Below, piece by piece: positions 8,280 through 18,905 of a stretch of 64,000 nucleotides of DNA. The notes under the pieces were generated by a model. It was not told the origin of the DNA and did not search any database. It was given only the letters and a program-made list of their open reading frames with translations. The first letter of the stretch is position 1. The number at the start of each line of letters is the position of its first letter. Location of the stretch: NCBI GenBank assembly GCA_028716665.1, contig JAQUPP010000002.1, positions 75,717 through 139,716 of the forward strand, written 5' to 3'. A program made the position numbers and the translations under genes. The stretch is from Patescibacteria group bacterium (GTDB lineage Bacteria; Patescibacteriota; Patescibacteriia; UBA2591; JAQUPP01).

Positions 8280-9608
8280 ATGTTAAAATCAATTCTTAAA
8301 AAAATTATTCCCAAAAAATTATTTATTTTTTATTACCAGTCTTTAGCTTTATTGGCTGCTTTTTTTTATAATCAGCCGAGCCAAAAAATGATTGTTATCG
8401 GCATAACCGGCACGGCCGGTAAGTCAACTGTGGTAAATTTGGTCGGTCGGATTTTGGAAAAAGCCGGCTATCAATGCGGTTGGGCGACAACTTTCAATTT
8501 TAAAGTGGGCCCAAAAGAGTGGATTAATAAGACAAAAATGACCATGCTTGGCCGTTTTGCTCTTCAAAAAATGCTTAAACAGATGCTCGCAGCAGGCTCT
8601 AAATACGCGATAATTGAGACTTCTTCAGAAGGAATCATCCAAAGTCGCCATTTGGGAATTAATTACGATGTGGCGGTTTTTACCAATCTCAGCCCGGAAC
8701 ATATTGAATCTCACGGCGGTTTTGATAAATATCGCCAGGCCAAACAAAAACTTTTTTATAATTTAACAAAAAAACATAAACGAATTAATGGTCGGACGAT
8801 TAAGAAGGTGATTGTTGCTAATTTGGATGACGAAAATGCGGAACATTTTTTAAAATTTCCGGCTGATGAAAAATATGGCTATACAATTAAGAATCTAGAA
8901 TCTAGAATTAAGAATTTAGAAGGATTAAAAGTTGTTAAAGCCGAAAATATCTGTTTGGATTCAAATAATTCTAAATTCCAAATTCTAAATTCCAAATTCA
9001 TAATTAATTTAGCCGGAGAGTTTAATGTTTATAATTCTTTGGCGGCGATTTGTGTTGCCTTATCTCAAGGAGTGAGTTTGGAAATTTGCCAAAAAGCGCT
9101 GGAAGAAATTGAACTAATGCCCGGCCGAATGGAAAAAATAATTACTCATCCGTTTGAAGTAATCGTTGATTATGCGCATACTCCGGAGAGCTTAGAGCAA
9201 GTTTATAAAACTCTTCAAAATTCCAAATTCCAAATTCCAAATTCCAAATTGATATGTGTGCTTGGCGCGGCCGGCGGGGGACGGGACAAATGGAAAAGAC
9301 CGAAATTGGGAGAACTGGCGGAAAAATATTGTGATCATATTATCATTACCAACGAAGATCCGTATAATGAAAATCCGGAAAAAATTATTGATGAAATAAT
9401 TTCCGGAATTAAAAATAAAAATCAAGATAAAATTTTAAAAATTATTGATCGGAGAGAGGCGATTAGAAAAGCTTTAAGTTTGGCCAAAGAAAAAGACGTG
9501 GTGGTGATAACAGGCAAGGGGTGCGAGCAGTGCATTATGGGTCAGAATAATACCAGGTTTTTTTGGGATGATAGAGAGGTGGCAAAAGAAGAATTTAATA
9601 AAATATAG
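8280..9608 (+). CDS. murE: UDP-N-acetylmuramoyl-L-alanyl-D-glutamate--amino acid ligase (MurE)
   Basis: GITGTAGKST, ETSSEG, FTNLSPEH, PGRME, VDYAHTP, GGGRDKWKRP, NEDP, ITGKG. Confidence 0.88.
   Translation: MLKSILKKIIPKKLFIFYYQSLALLAAFFYNQPSQKMIVIGITGTAGKSTVVNLVGRILEKAGYQCGWATTFNFKVGPKEWINKTKMTMLGRFALQKMLKQMLAAGSKYAIIETSSEGIIQSRHLGINYDVAVFTNLSPEHIESHGGFDKYRQAKQKLFYNLTKKHKRINGRTIKKVIVANLDDENAEHFLKFPADEKYGYTIKNLESRIKNLEGLKVVKAENICLDSNNSKFQILNSKFIINLAGEFNVYNSLAAICVALSQGVSLEICQKALEEIELMPGRMEKIITHPFEVIVDYAHTPESLEQVYKTLQNSKFQIPNSKLICVLGAAGGGRDKWKRPKLGELAEKYCDHIIITNEDPYNENPEKIIDEIISGIKNKNQDKILKIIDRREAIRKALSLAKEKDVVVITGKGCEQCIMGQNNTRFFWDDREVAKEEFNKI
8885..9250. repeat. Three 7-nt tandem arrays inside murE (one inverted relative to the other two)
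   Basis: (agaatct)n-like at 8885-8921; (aattcta/aattcca)n at 8967-9005; (aattcca)x4 at 9219-9250. Confidence 0.8.
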
Positions 9609-9696
9609 TTTTTTAAATTTGGGGGTAAACTGTGGAAAACCCAGATTTACCTTTATTTAAGCCAAAATAGGCGAGTTAAAAATATTTTATAATGGG

Positions 9697-9725
9697 TTGA
9701 CAAAAAACGGCTTATTTGCTATCAT
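9697..9725 (+). promoter_or_regulatory. sigma70 promoter of rpoBC
   Basis: TTGACA-17-TATCAT with extended -10 TG. Confidence 0.7.
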
Positions 9726-9873
9726 GTATAAGTATTAAAATAAATAGACCAATAATTTTGTATATTCGGTCAACTAAAATTTAGTAGAAATAAAAAGGTT
9801 CCTGACGCTAAAAGTAGCGGAAGGTAATTTTTCTGTATCCCGTTTTTATTTAATAATTTTTTTAAATTTTAAT

Positions 9874-12800
9874 ATGTCTCGTACTCCTAGAAAATATTTT
9901 TCAAAATCTCGTTTTAGTATAGGATTGCCGGATTTGATTCAGATACAAAAAGATTCTTATAAATGGTTTTTGGACAAAGGGATTAAAGAATTATTGCAAG
10001 AATTTTCGCCTATTGAAGATTTTGTCGGTAAAAATTTCGAATTGAAATTTTTGGATTATAAAATCGGCGAACCGAAGTTCGACGAAGTTACTTCTAAAAA
10101 TAGAAATTTGAATTACGAAGTGCCACTCAAAGTCAAAGTGCGATTAACCAGCAGGTTAACCGGAAAAAGGGTAGACCAAGAAGTTTATTTTGGAGACCTT
10201 CCACTGATGACCGATCGGGGCACTTTTATTATTAACGGAATTGAAAGAGTCATTGTTAAACAATTAATCAGATCGCCCGGCGTGTTTTTTGACACGGAAT
10301 TAGTCAAGGGGCGATTTTCTTATAAAACAAAAATTATTCCCGAGAGAGGAGCTTGGCTTGAATTTGAAATTGATCCTCATAAAATTATTTATGTCAGAAT
10401 TGATCGTCAGAGAAAAACTCCGGTTTCTTCTCTTTTGAGAGTTTTCGGCGTCGGTTCGGATCAGGAAATTTTAGATTTATTCACGCCGAAAAATTTACCC
10501 AAAACAAAAGAAGAAGTAAAAAAAGAAATTCCTTATCTTGATTATATCAGAGCAACCATAGAAAAAGATCCGTCGTCTTCCGAAGATGAAGGATTAATTG
10601 AAGTTTATCGAAAAATCAGACCCGGAGATTTGGCTACCGTGGATAATGCCCGCAGCTTGATCCACGCCATGTTTTTCAATCCTCATCGTTACGATTTAAG
10701 CAAAGTCGGACGTTTCAAAATAAATGAAAGATTTAATTTTTCCGACAAAGTTGATGAGCGCGTTGTTCGAGTTGAGGACTTGGTGAGAATTCTTAAAGAA
10801 TTGATTAAATTGGATTATCATCAATTGATTGCCGATGATATTGATCATTTGGCAAATCGAAGAATCAGAGCCGTAGGCGAGTTGGTTCAAAACAGAATCA
10901 GAGTGGGCTTATTAAGGCTTCAGCGCATTGTCAGAGACAGAATGAGTACTTTGGAAGGCAAGAATTTATTGCCCGGACAATTGATTAATGTCAGACCGAT
11001 TAGCGGAGTAATTCGCGAATTTTTCATGTCCAGTCAGTTATCTCAATTTATGGATCAAACCAATCCGCTTTCAGAATTGGAACATAAGCGCAGATTAACC
11101 GTGGCCGGTCCCGGCGGTTTAAGCCGAGACAGAGCCGGTTTTGAAGTGCGCGATGTGCATCGAACTTTTTATGGAAAAATTTGTCCAATTGCCACACCGG
11201 AAGGACCAAACGTCGGTTTAGTCGGACACTTGGCTTGCTATGCCCGACTTGATGAATACGGATTTATTGAAACGCCTTACCGCAAAGTGACAAACGGAGT
11301 TTTAACAAATCAAATTGTTTATTTGAATTCTTTAGATGAAGATCGACATACCACGGCTCCATTTTCCACTCAGTTTGATGAAAACGGAAGAATCGTTGAG
11401 CAAAAAGTGGAAGCAAGGGTTAACGGCCGTCCGGGTTTTAGCACAAGAGATAAAGTGGAATTTATCGATGTGGCGCCAAACCAAATTGTCAGTGTCGGCA
11501 CTTCATTGATTCCATTTTTGGAACACGACGATGGTGTCAGAGCCTTGATGGGAACAAACATGCAACGTCAGGCTGTTCCTTTAATCAGACCGGAAGCTCC
11601 GCTTGTCGGAACCGGTATTGAAGCTAATATTGCCAAGGATTCCGGTTATTTAATACAAGCTGATATGTCAGGCAAGGTAACAGAAGTTGACGGCAATCAT
11701 GTTAAAATTTCAAATAAAAGCGGTAAAACCAGAACTTATAATTTAATCAAATACGATCGCTCAAATTTTGATACTTGTATTAATCAAAAACCCGTAGTGG
11801 AAAAAGGACAAGAAGTTGAGCCGGGTGATATTTTAGTGGAAGGTTCGGCAATGGAAGACGGGGAATTGGCACTCGGTCATAATATTTTAGTGGCCTTTAT
11901 GTCTTGGGAAGGAGGCAATTATGAAGATGCTATTTTGTTATCTTCAAAATTGGTCCAGCAAGATAAATTCAGTTCAATTTATATTGACGAACATATTATT
12001 GAAGTTCGCGAAACAAAATTCGGTCCGGAAGTGATTACTCGCGACATACCGAATGTCAGTGAAGAAAAATTAAAAAATCTTGATGATGAAGGCATTGTCA
12101 GAATCGGCGCCGAAGTCAAATCAGGAGATATTTTAGTCGGTAAAATTACGCCAAAAGGCGAAATGGAATTATCGGCTGAAGAAAAACTTTTACGCGCTAT
12201 CTTTGGAGAAAAAGCCCGCGATGTTCGCGATACTTCTCTTTATCTTGAACACGGCGAACATGGAAAAGTAATCAGTATTAAAATATTCTCGCGTGATGCA
12301 GGAGACAAGCTTCCGCCAGGCGTAGTCAAATCAATTAAAGTTTTGGTTGCTGATTTGAGAAAAGCGCAAGTGGGAGACAAAATGGCAGGCCGACACGGAA
12401 ATAAAGGTGTAATTTCCAGAATTGTTCCTGAAGAAAATATGCCGTATTTGGAAGACGGCACGCCGGTTGATATTATTTTAAATCCGCTTGGCGTAGTTTC
12501 CAGAATGAATTTGGGACAAATCTTAGAAACACACATGGGCTTTGCCGCTCAAAAATTAGGTTATAAAGTGGCTACCCCGGCCTTTAATGGTATTAATGAA
12601 AAAACAATCAAAGAAGAATTGGTTAAAGCCGGTTATCCGGCCAGCGGAAAAATGACTCTTTATGATGGCCGCAATGGTTTAAAATTTGAAGAACCGGTAA
12701 CCGTCGGATATATTTACATGTTGAAATTAAATCACTTGGTTGAAGATAAAATTCATCAACGTTCAATCGGTCCTTATTCATTGATTACGCAGCAGCCACT

Positions 12801-13098
12801 CGGCGGACGAGCTCAATTCGGCGGACAGAGATTCGGTGAAATGGAAGTCTGGGCGCTTGAAGGTTATGGCGCGGCTCATTCGTTACAGGAAATGCTGACA
12901 ATCAAATCAGACGATGTACCCGGCCGAACCAAAGCTTATGAATCAATTATCAAAGGCGAACCGGTGAGAGAAGTTCACATCCCGGAATCTTTTAACGTTT
13001 TGGTAAACGAATTGAGAGGATTGGGATTGAGCGTGGAAATGTTAAGAGACGGTAAATGCGTAAATACCGAACCAAATAAACCGAATAAAAAATCATAA
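9874..13098 (+). CDS. rpoB: RNA polymerase beta subunit
   Basis: SQFMDQTNPL, GDKMAGRHGNKG, GGQRFGEMEVWAL. Confidence 0.99.
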   Translation: MSRTPRKYFSKSRFSIGLPDLIQIQKDSYKWFLDKGIKELLQEFSPIEDFVGKNFELKFLDYKIGEPKFDEVTSKNRNLNYEVPLKVKVRLTSRLTGKRVDQEVYFGDLPLMTDRGTFIINGIERVIVKQLIRSPGVFFDTELVKGRFSYKTKIIPERGAWLEFEIDPHKIIYVRIDRQRKTPVSSLLRVFGVGSDQEILDLFTPKNLPKTKEEVKKEIPYLDYIRATIEKDPSSSEDEGLIEVYRKIRPGDLATVDNARSLIHAMFFNPHRYDLSKVGRFKINERFNFSDKVDERVVRVEDLVRILKELIKLDYHQLIADDIDHLANRRIRAVGELVQNRIRVGLLRLQRIVRDRMSTLEGKNLLPGQLINVRPISGVIREFFMSSQLSQFMDQTNPLSELEHKRRLTVAGPGGLSRDRAGFEVRDVHRTFYGKICPIATPEGPNVGLVGHLACYARLDEYGFIETPYRKVTNGVLTNQIVYLNSLDEDRHTTAPFSTQFDENGRIVEQKVEARVNGRPGFSTRDKVEFIDVAPNQIVSVGTSLIPFLEHDDGVRALMGTNMQRQAVPLIRPEAPLVGTGIEANIAKDSGYLIQADMSGKVTEVDGNHVKISNKSGKTRTYNLIKYDRSNFDTCINQKPVVEKGQEVEPGDILVEGSAMEDGELALGHNILVAFMSWEGGNYEDAILLSSKLVQQDKFSSIYIDEHIIEVRETKFGPEVITRDIPNVSEEKLKNLDDEGIVRIGAEVKSGDILVGKITPKGEMELSAEEKLLRAIFGEKARDVRDTSLYLEHGEHGKVISIKIFSRDAGDKLPPGVVKSIKVLVADLRKAQVGDKMAGRHGNKGVISRIVPEENMPYLEDGTPVDIILNPLGVVSRMNLGQILETHMGFAAQKLGYKVATPAFNGINEKTIKEELVKAGYPASGKMTLYDGRNGLKFEEPVTVGYIYMLKLNHLVEDKIHQRSIGPYSLITQQPLGGRAQFGGQRFGEMEVWALEGYGAAHSLQEMLTIKSDDVPGRTKAYESIIKGEPVREVHIPESFNVLVNELRGLGLSVEMLRDGKCVNTEPNKPNKKS

Positions 13099-13126
13099 TT
13101 AATTTTCATTTTATATTTTATTTTTT

Positions 13127-16100
13127 ATGTCTACTCCTTCAACAATTAGAACATTGTCTTTGCCGGATGAAAAGTTAAGGAAGAATTCTGATTTTGATTC
13201 TATCAGACTGAAAATCGCTTCACCTGAAGAAATACTTAATTGGTCTTATGGAGAAGTGATAAAACCTGAGACTATCAATTATAGAACCGAGAGACCGGAA
13301 CGAGACGGTTTGTTTTGCGAAAGAATTTTCGGTCCGACCAAAGATTGGCAATGCTCTTGCGGAAAATATAAAAAAATTCGCTATCGCGGAATTGTTTGTG
13401 ATCGATGCGGAGTGGAAGTAACCAGGTCAATCGTCAGAAGAGAAAGAATGGGACACATAAAATTGACCGTGCCGGTGACTCATATTTGGTTTTTGCGCGG
13501 CGTACCTTCAAAAATAGGATTGATTTTGGATATGTCCATTCAGTCTTTGGAAAAAGTGGTTTATTTCGCCAATTTCATTATTACTGAAGTTAAAGAAGAT
13601 TTAAAAAAAGCCACTCTTGATGAAATAGAACAAGAATATAAAGACAAAAAGAAACAAATTAAAAATGAATTGACAGGTGAAGAATTTAATAAAGAGACAG
13701 ATCGGCTCAAAGCTTTATACGATGAAACAAAAAAAGAAATAAACAGTATTCATATTAAAAATTTATTAACCGAACCGCAATACAGAGATTTATCTTTAAA
13801 ATACGGACATTTTTTTGAAGTTGGCATTGGCGCTGATGCGGTCTCAAAACTTCTTCAAAATGTTGATTTGTTGAAATTGATCAAAGATTTGGAAAAAGAA
13901 ATAAAACACACCATTAATCTTTTGAAAAGACAAAAATTGATCAAAAGATTGAAATATATTAAAAATTTTCATAACAACAAACTCAAGCCGGAGAATATGG
14001 TTTTGACCGTTATTCCGGTTATTCCGCCTGATTTGCGCCCGCTCGTTCAACTTGACGGAGGCAGATTCGCTTCTTCCGACTTGAATGATTTATACAGAAG
14101 GGTTATTAATCGCAATAACAGATTGAAACGTTTGCACGAACTCAATGCGCCGGAAGTAATTTTACGAAATGAAAAAAGAATGCTTCAAGAAGCAGTTGAT
14201 TCTTTAATGGATAATGATATGCGAAGCGGAAAAACAGTGGTTGCTTCCACTGGTCAGCAAAGACCGTTAAAATCTTTAGCTGATATTTTGAAAGGCAAAC
14301 AAGGAAGGTTTCGTCAAAATCTTTTGGGAAAAAGAGTTGATTATTCCGGACGTTCAGTTATCGTTGTCGGTCCGAAATTGAAACTTTATCAATGCGGTTT
14401 GCCAAAAACAATGGCTATCGAACTTTTCAAACCGTTTATTGCCTGCGAACTTATTAAAAGGGGATTGGTTCACAATGTCCGCAGCGCCAATCGCTTGATA
14501 GAACAGGGGACGGAAGATGTTTGGGCTATTTTGGAAACAATTATTCAAACCGCTTATGTATTATTAAACCGCGCGCCAACCTTGCATCGTTTGGGCGTTC
14601 AAGCTTTTCAGCCGGTTCTGATAGAAGGAAAAGCAATTCAAATTCATCCTTTGGTTTGCGCCGCTTTTAATGCTGACTTTGACGGAGATCAAATGGCTGT
14701 TCATATTCCTATTACTGAAGAAGCGCGCCGAGAAGCCAAGGAAATTTTATTATCATCTAAAAATCTTTTAAAACCCGCAACCGGAGAACCGATTATTATT
14801 CCGGCCAAAGATATGGTTTGGGGAGCTTATTGGATGACGACATTGGAGAAAAAAGAAAAACAAGAAATGAAATTTTTCTCTTCTCAAAATGAAGCTGAGT
14901 TGGCTTATAAATTGGGCAAGGTCAGTTTGCGTCAGATTATTAAAGCAAGAGTGCTTGATCCTTCAAATAATAAAGATATAAAAATATTGGAAACCAGTGT
15001 TGGAAGATTGATTTTTAATTCCATTTTACCTGTTGGGCTTTATAAAATGGACAAAGTAGTGGATAAAAATAAATTAAAACAAATCATTGAAGATTGTTTG
15101 GAAATTTACGACGAAGAAACGACAGTCACGATGCTTGATAAAATAAAAGAAACTACTTTTTCTTATTTAACCACTTCCGGTCTTTCTTGGGGGATGGATG
15201 ATTTACCGACTCTTGAAGGAAAAGATAAAATTATCAAAGAAGCGGAGAAAAAAGTGGATGAAGTCCAGGATCAATTCAATATGGGTCTTTTAACCGAAGA
15301 AGAACGGTATCAGAAAAGCGTTGCCGTTTGGTTAAGCGCCAAAGATGTTATCGTTGATCTTTGTAAAAAATCTTTATCTTACACAAATACGGTTATTTCC
15401 ATGGTTAACTCCGGAGCAAGAGGTTCTTGGGCGCAGTTAGCTCAGATGTTCGGTACAAAAGGTATTGTTTCTTCGCCAACCGGAAGATTGATTGAATTGC
15501 CCATTAAATCTTCTTTTAAAGAAGGGTTTAATGTTTTGGAATTCTTCATCGCCACTCATGGTTCAAGAAAAGGTGTTTCTGATACGGCTTTGAGAACCGC
15601 CAGTGCCGGTTATCTTACTCGAAGAATGGTTGATGTTTGTCAAGATATATTAATTAATGAAGAAGATTGCGGAGACAAAGAAGGATTTAAAATAACCAGA
15701 GAAGATAATAAAATAATGGGTGAAACATGGGAGGCCAGATTATTAGGCCGAACTTCATTGGTAGAAATTAAAGATCCGAAAACAGGTAAGGTTGTCGTTA
15801 AAGCCAATGAAATTGTTACCAGAGATATTGCCAAAAAAATTAATGAAATTGATCCGGAAGAATTTATTATTCGTTCGGTTTTGACTTGCAAAAGCGACAA
15901 AGGAATATGCGCCAAGTGTTATGGTTATGATTTAGGTTTTAATAAACCGGTTAAACTTGGTGTTCCGGTCGGTATTGTGGCCGCTCAATCCATTGGTGAA
16001 CCTGGTACGCAGCTTACCTTAAGAACCTTCCATACGGGAGGTATTGCCGGTAAAGATATTACCCAAGGTTTGCCGAGAGTTGAAGAACTTTTTGAAGCCA

Positions 16101-16924
16101 GGCCGGTTAAAAGAAAAGCGGTTATGGCTCGACATAACGGCAATGCGGAATATATTGACGAAAATGATCAAAAAATTATTAAAATTAAATATCGCGGCGC
16201 GAAAGAAGATGTTTTTGTCATTCATGAAGATGAAGCATGGGATGTCAAAGTTAAAGAAGGCAAGACGGTTGATAAAAATGATGTTCTGGCGGTTTTTGAG
16301 AAACAAAAGATTGTTGCCAAACATAAGGGTGAAGTTAAATTTGACGGTAATTTTATTAAAGTGGTTTATGAGGACGATGACGCGGAAGAATACGACGTGG
16401 CCGGTTATACCGTCTGGATAAAAAATGGTGCTAAAGTGGAAGTCGGGCAGCAATTGACCGATGGATCTCTTGATTTATTGGAATTGTATGAATTAAGAGG
16501 AAAAGAAGCGGTCGCAAAGTATATTCTTAAAGAAATTCAATATATTTATTCTTCACAAGGACAGAAAGTTAATGACAAACATGTGGAAACGCTTGTTCGC
16601 CAAATGTTTTCAAGATGTTTGGTCAAAGAAAGCGGCGATACGAATCTTTTGTCCGGCGAAACAATATCCAAGGGTTATTTAATCAGATGCAATAAAGAGG
16701 TTAAAAAAGACGGAGGAGAATTGGCTGAAGCGGAAGAATTGTTATTGGGAATCACCCGTGTGTCTCTTTCAACCGACAGTTGGTTGTCCGCAGCTTCTTT
16801 CCAGGAAACACCGAGAGTTTTGATTAATGCGGCCGTAAGCGGCAGAAGAGATGAACTGAAAGGATTAAAAGAAAATGTTATTATCGGCAGATTGATTCCG
16901 GCAGGTACGGCTTGGAAAAAATAA
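13127..16924 (+). CDS. rpoC: RNA polymerase beta' subunit
   Basis: NADFDGDQMAVH, N-terminal Zn ribbon, LKENVIIGRLIPAGT. Confidence 0.99.
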   Translation: MSTPSTIRTLSLPDEKLRKNSDFDSIRLKIASPEEILNWSYGEVIKPETINYRTERPERDGLFCERIFGPTKDWQCSCGKYKKIRYRGIVCDRCGVEVTRSIVRRERMGHIKLTVPVTHIWFLRGVPSKIGLILDMSIQSLEKVVYFANFIITEVKEDLKKATLDEIEQEYKDKKKQIKNELTGEEFNKETDRLKALYDETKKEINSIHIKNLLTEPQYRDLSLKYGHFFEVGIGADAVSKLLQNVDLLKLIKDLEKEIKHTINLLKRQKLIKRLKYIKNFHNNKLKPENMVLTVIPVIPPDLRPLVQLDGGRFASSDLNDLYRRVINRNNRLKRLHELNAPEVILRNEKRMLQEAVDSLMDNDMRSGKTVVASTGQQRPLKSLADILKGKQGRFRQNLLGKRVDYSGRSVIVVGPKLKLYQCGLPKTMAIELFKPFIACELIKRGLVHNVRSANRLIEQGTEDVWAILETIIQTAYVLLNRAPTLHRLGVQAFQPVLIEGKAIQIHPLVCAAFNADFDGDQMAVHIPITEEARREAKEILLSSKNLLKPATGEPIIIPAKDMVWGAYWMTTLEKKEKQEMKFFSSQNEAELAYKLGKVSLRQIIKARVLDPSNNKDIKILETSVGRLIFNSILPVGLYKMDKVVDKNKLKQIIEDCLEIYDEETTVTMLDKIKETTFSYLTTSGLSWGMDDLPTLEGKDKIIKEAEKKVDEVQDQFNMGLLTEEERYQKSVAVWLSAKDVIVDLCKKSLSYTNTVISMVNSGARGSWAQLAQMFGTKGIVSSPTGRLIELPIKSSFKEGFNVLEFFIATHGSRKGVSDTALRTASAGYLTRRMVDVCQDILINEEDCGDKEGFKITREDNKIMGETWEARLLGRTSLVEIKDPKTGKVVVKANEIVTRDIAKKINEIDPEEFIIRSVLTCKSDKGICAKCYGYDLGFNKPVKLGVPVGIVAAQSIGEPGTQLTLRTFHTGGIAGKDITQGLPRVEELFEARPVKRKAVMARHNGNAEYIDENDQKIIKIKYRGAKEDVFVIHEDEAWDVKVKEGKTVDKNDVLAVFEKQKIVAKHKGEVKFDGNFIKVVYEDDDAEEYDVAGYTVWIKNGAKVEVGQQLTDGSLDLLELYELRGKEAVAKYILKEIQYIYSSQGQKVNDKHVETLVRQMFSRCLVKESGDTNLLSGETISKGYLIRCNKEVKKDGGELAEAEELLLGITRVSLSTDSWLSAASFQETPRVLINAAVSGRRDELKGLKENVIIGRLIPAGTAWKK

Positions 16925-16948
16925 AGAGTTTTTATAATATTTAGTCAG

Positions 16949-17728
16949 ATGACAAAGAAATTAACAAATTTTTTGTTTATTCTAATTATAGGGTGTATTG
17001 TCCCCAAAATAGTTTTTGGGGACAATTTTAATTCAGTTGATATTGAAAAGGCGAAAAGCTTGGAGGCGAATCAAAAAGTGAAAGTTCAGGGTATTGTTAT
17101 AGTGGAACCGGACGTTTTATCCAGTCAATTTTTTTATCTTAACGGCATTCAAATTTATTCTTACAAAAAAGATTTCCCTCAATTATCTGTTGGCGACGAA
17201 GTTTCGGTACAGGGAATAATTTCAAAAATTAAGGGTGAAACAAGAATTAAAACAGCCACTAAAAATGATATTAAAGTTCTAAATAGGGGAATGGCGGCTG
17301 CGCCTCAGATAAAAGAAATAAAGGAAATTAATTTCCAATCAATCGGTTATTTGATAAAAATATCCGGTAAAGTGATTGAAAGAACAGGCACTAATGTTTT
17401 TATTAATGACAATACAGGCGAGATACTGGCTTATTTCAAACAATATGTTAAAATAGATTTGTCAAAAATTAAAGAAGGAGATGTAATTGAAATTACCGGA
17501 ATTTTAGCCCAGAATAATGATACTTGGCGTCTTTTGCCTCGCTTGGCCGAAGATATTAAAATTTTATCCGTTAATCAAAATATTCAATCAAAGCCGAATC
17601 TTTATTTATTGGGTTCAACTGCCAAGGTGATTGATTTCCAAAAATTAAAACCGTATTTTATCGCCAGTTCTGTCGTTTTACTTCTTGCCTTAATCATCTT
17701 TTTAATTATTAAAAATAAACAAAAATAA
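16949..17728 (+). CDS. Exported tandem OB-fold protein with C-terminal membrane anchor
   Basis: Signal peptide; two repeats of V.G.V...GD.V.V.G / GD.IEITG..; C-terminal TM helix followed by basic tail. Confidence 0.6.
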   Translation: MTKKLTNFLFILIIGCIVPKIVFGDNFNSVDIEKAKSLEANQKVKVQGIVIVEPDVLSSQFFYLNGIQIYSYKKDFPQLSVGDEVSVQGIISKIKGETRIKTATKNDIKVLNRGMAAAPQIKEIKEINFQSIGYLIKISGKVIERTGTNVFINDNTGEILAYFKQYVKIDLSKIKEGDVIEITGILAQNNDTWRLLPRLAEDIKILSVNQNIQSKPNLYLLGSTAKVIDFQKLKPYFIASSVVLLLALIIFLIIKNKQK

Positions 17729-17732
17729 TTTT

Positions 17733-18200
17733 ATGGAACGAACATTAGTTTTATTAAAACCGGATGCTCTTCAAAGAAATTTATTGGGCGAAATTGTTTC
17801 GCGTTTTGAAAGAAAGGGACTTAAAATTGTCGGAATCAAAATGATGAAATTGTCAGATGAAGTTTTGGCTGATCATTATTCTCATCATCGTGACAAGCCG
17901 TTTTTTGGCAAGTTGGTTAATTTTATGCAAAGCGCGCCGGTAGTAGCCATGGTCTTGGAAGGAATAGAAGCAATAGGAGCGGTACGGCTTTTATGCGGTC
18001 CAACTTCTGGACGCAAGGCTGATGCAGGCAGTATCAGGGGTGATTTTTCAATGAGCGTTCAACATAATATCGTTCATGCTTCAGATTCACTAGAGTCGGC
18101 AGAAAAGGAAATTTGGAGATTTTTTAATCAAAATGAAATTTTCGATTATCCCAAAATAGATCTTTCTGCCATTTACGGCGAAGAAGATTTGGAGAAATAA
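17733..18200 (+). CDS. ndk: Nucleoside diphosphate kinase
   Basis: MERTLVLLKPD, GSIRGDF, NIVHASDS. Confidence 0.97.
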   Translation: MERTLVLLKPDALQRNLLGEIVSRFERKGLKIVGIKMMKLSDEVLADHYSHHRDKPFFGKLVNFMQSAPVVAMVLEGIEAIGAVRLLCGPTSGRKADAGSIRGDFSMSVQHNIVHASDSLESAEKEIWRFFNQNEIFDYPKIDLSAIYGEEDLEK

Positions 18201-18207
18201 AACGGGG

Positions 18208-18236
18208 TTGACATTTTCTAAAATTTTTGATATTAT
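18208..18236 (+). promoter_or_regulatory. sigma70 promoter of ORFan cassette
   Basis: TTGACA-17-TATTAT, extended TG; AAGGAGG SD before GTG 18273. Confidence 0.7.
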
Positions 18237-18272
18237 GTAGATAATATATAGTTCGTAAAAAAGGAGGAAAAT

Positions 18273-18698
18273 GTGAAAGATAAAATCTTTGAATTATTTT
18301 TTGGCAGTTATTGTTGGTGGAGATTTGCGCTACAAATGTTTTTTGGTTGGTTATTGCTTGTCGTCTCCACTATTTTAATTGTTTTAACTTCAGTCTCGGA
18401 AATAGTTTGTAATGTTTTGGGTGCGCTCATTTTAAGAGAGCCGCGCTTGGCTGAAAAAATAGAAATTAATTGGTTTGGGAAATCCACAATTATAAAATTT
18501 CTAGAATTTGAAGAAGAATTTTTCAGACAAATGTCAATATTCGGAATAGAGGAGAATGATCTTATTTGGTTTTGTTGGCGGATATTTATAACTATTCCTT
18601 ATAGCTTGCCGTTTATTTTGATAATGGAAATAGCCATAAAGATTGTTGATTTAATCAACCGAGGTCTTTATTGGTTGTGCCGAGGGGGTGAAGAATGA
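18273..18698 (+). CDS. Hypothetical membrane protein
   Basis: Hydrophobic ORF with own promoter and SD. Confidence 0.65.
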   Translation: MKDKIFELFFGSYCWWRFALQMFFGWLLLVVSTILIVLTSVSEIVCNVLGALILREPRLAEKIEINWFGKSTIIKFLEFEEEFFRQMSIFGIEENDLIWFCWRIFITIPYSLPFILIMEIAIKIVDLINRGLYWLCRGGEE

Positions 18699-18844
18699 GG
18701 ATTATACGAGGCATATTTTTTATTATAAGAGCAGTAATTCTTGTAATAAGAGATTTGATTATGATAATAGGATTTGTATTAGGGGGAATCCTCTTTGTGA
18801 TATGGGTGGGGATATTCGGTTTATTCCGGTCTCATATGGAATAA
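18695..18844 (+). CDS. Small hydrophobic protein (49 aa), not in the ORF track
   Basis: ATGA overlap with previous stop, G-rich SD upstream; MRIIRGIFFIIRAVILVIRDLIMIIGFVLGGILFVIWVGIFGLFRSHME*. Confidence 0.55.
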   Translation: MRIIRGIFFIIRAVILVIRDLIMIIGFVLGGILFVIWVGIFGLFRSHME

Positions 18845-18852
18845 AAAAATAA

Positions 18853-18885
18853 AAAAGCCTTTTAACTAAATGTTAAAAGGCTTTT
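18853..18885. terminator. Bidirectional intrinsic terminator
   Basis: aaaagccttttaac / gttaaaaggctttt between convergent genes. Confidence 0.75.
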
Positions 18886-18905
18886 AAATTTGAAGCGGTT
18901 AAAGA

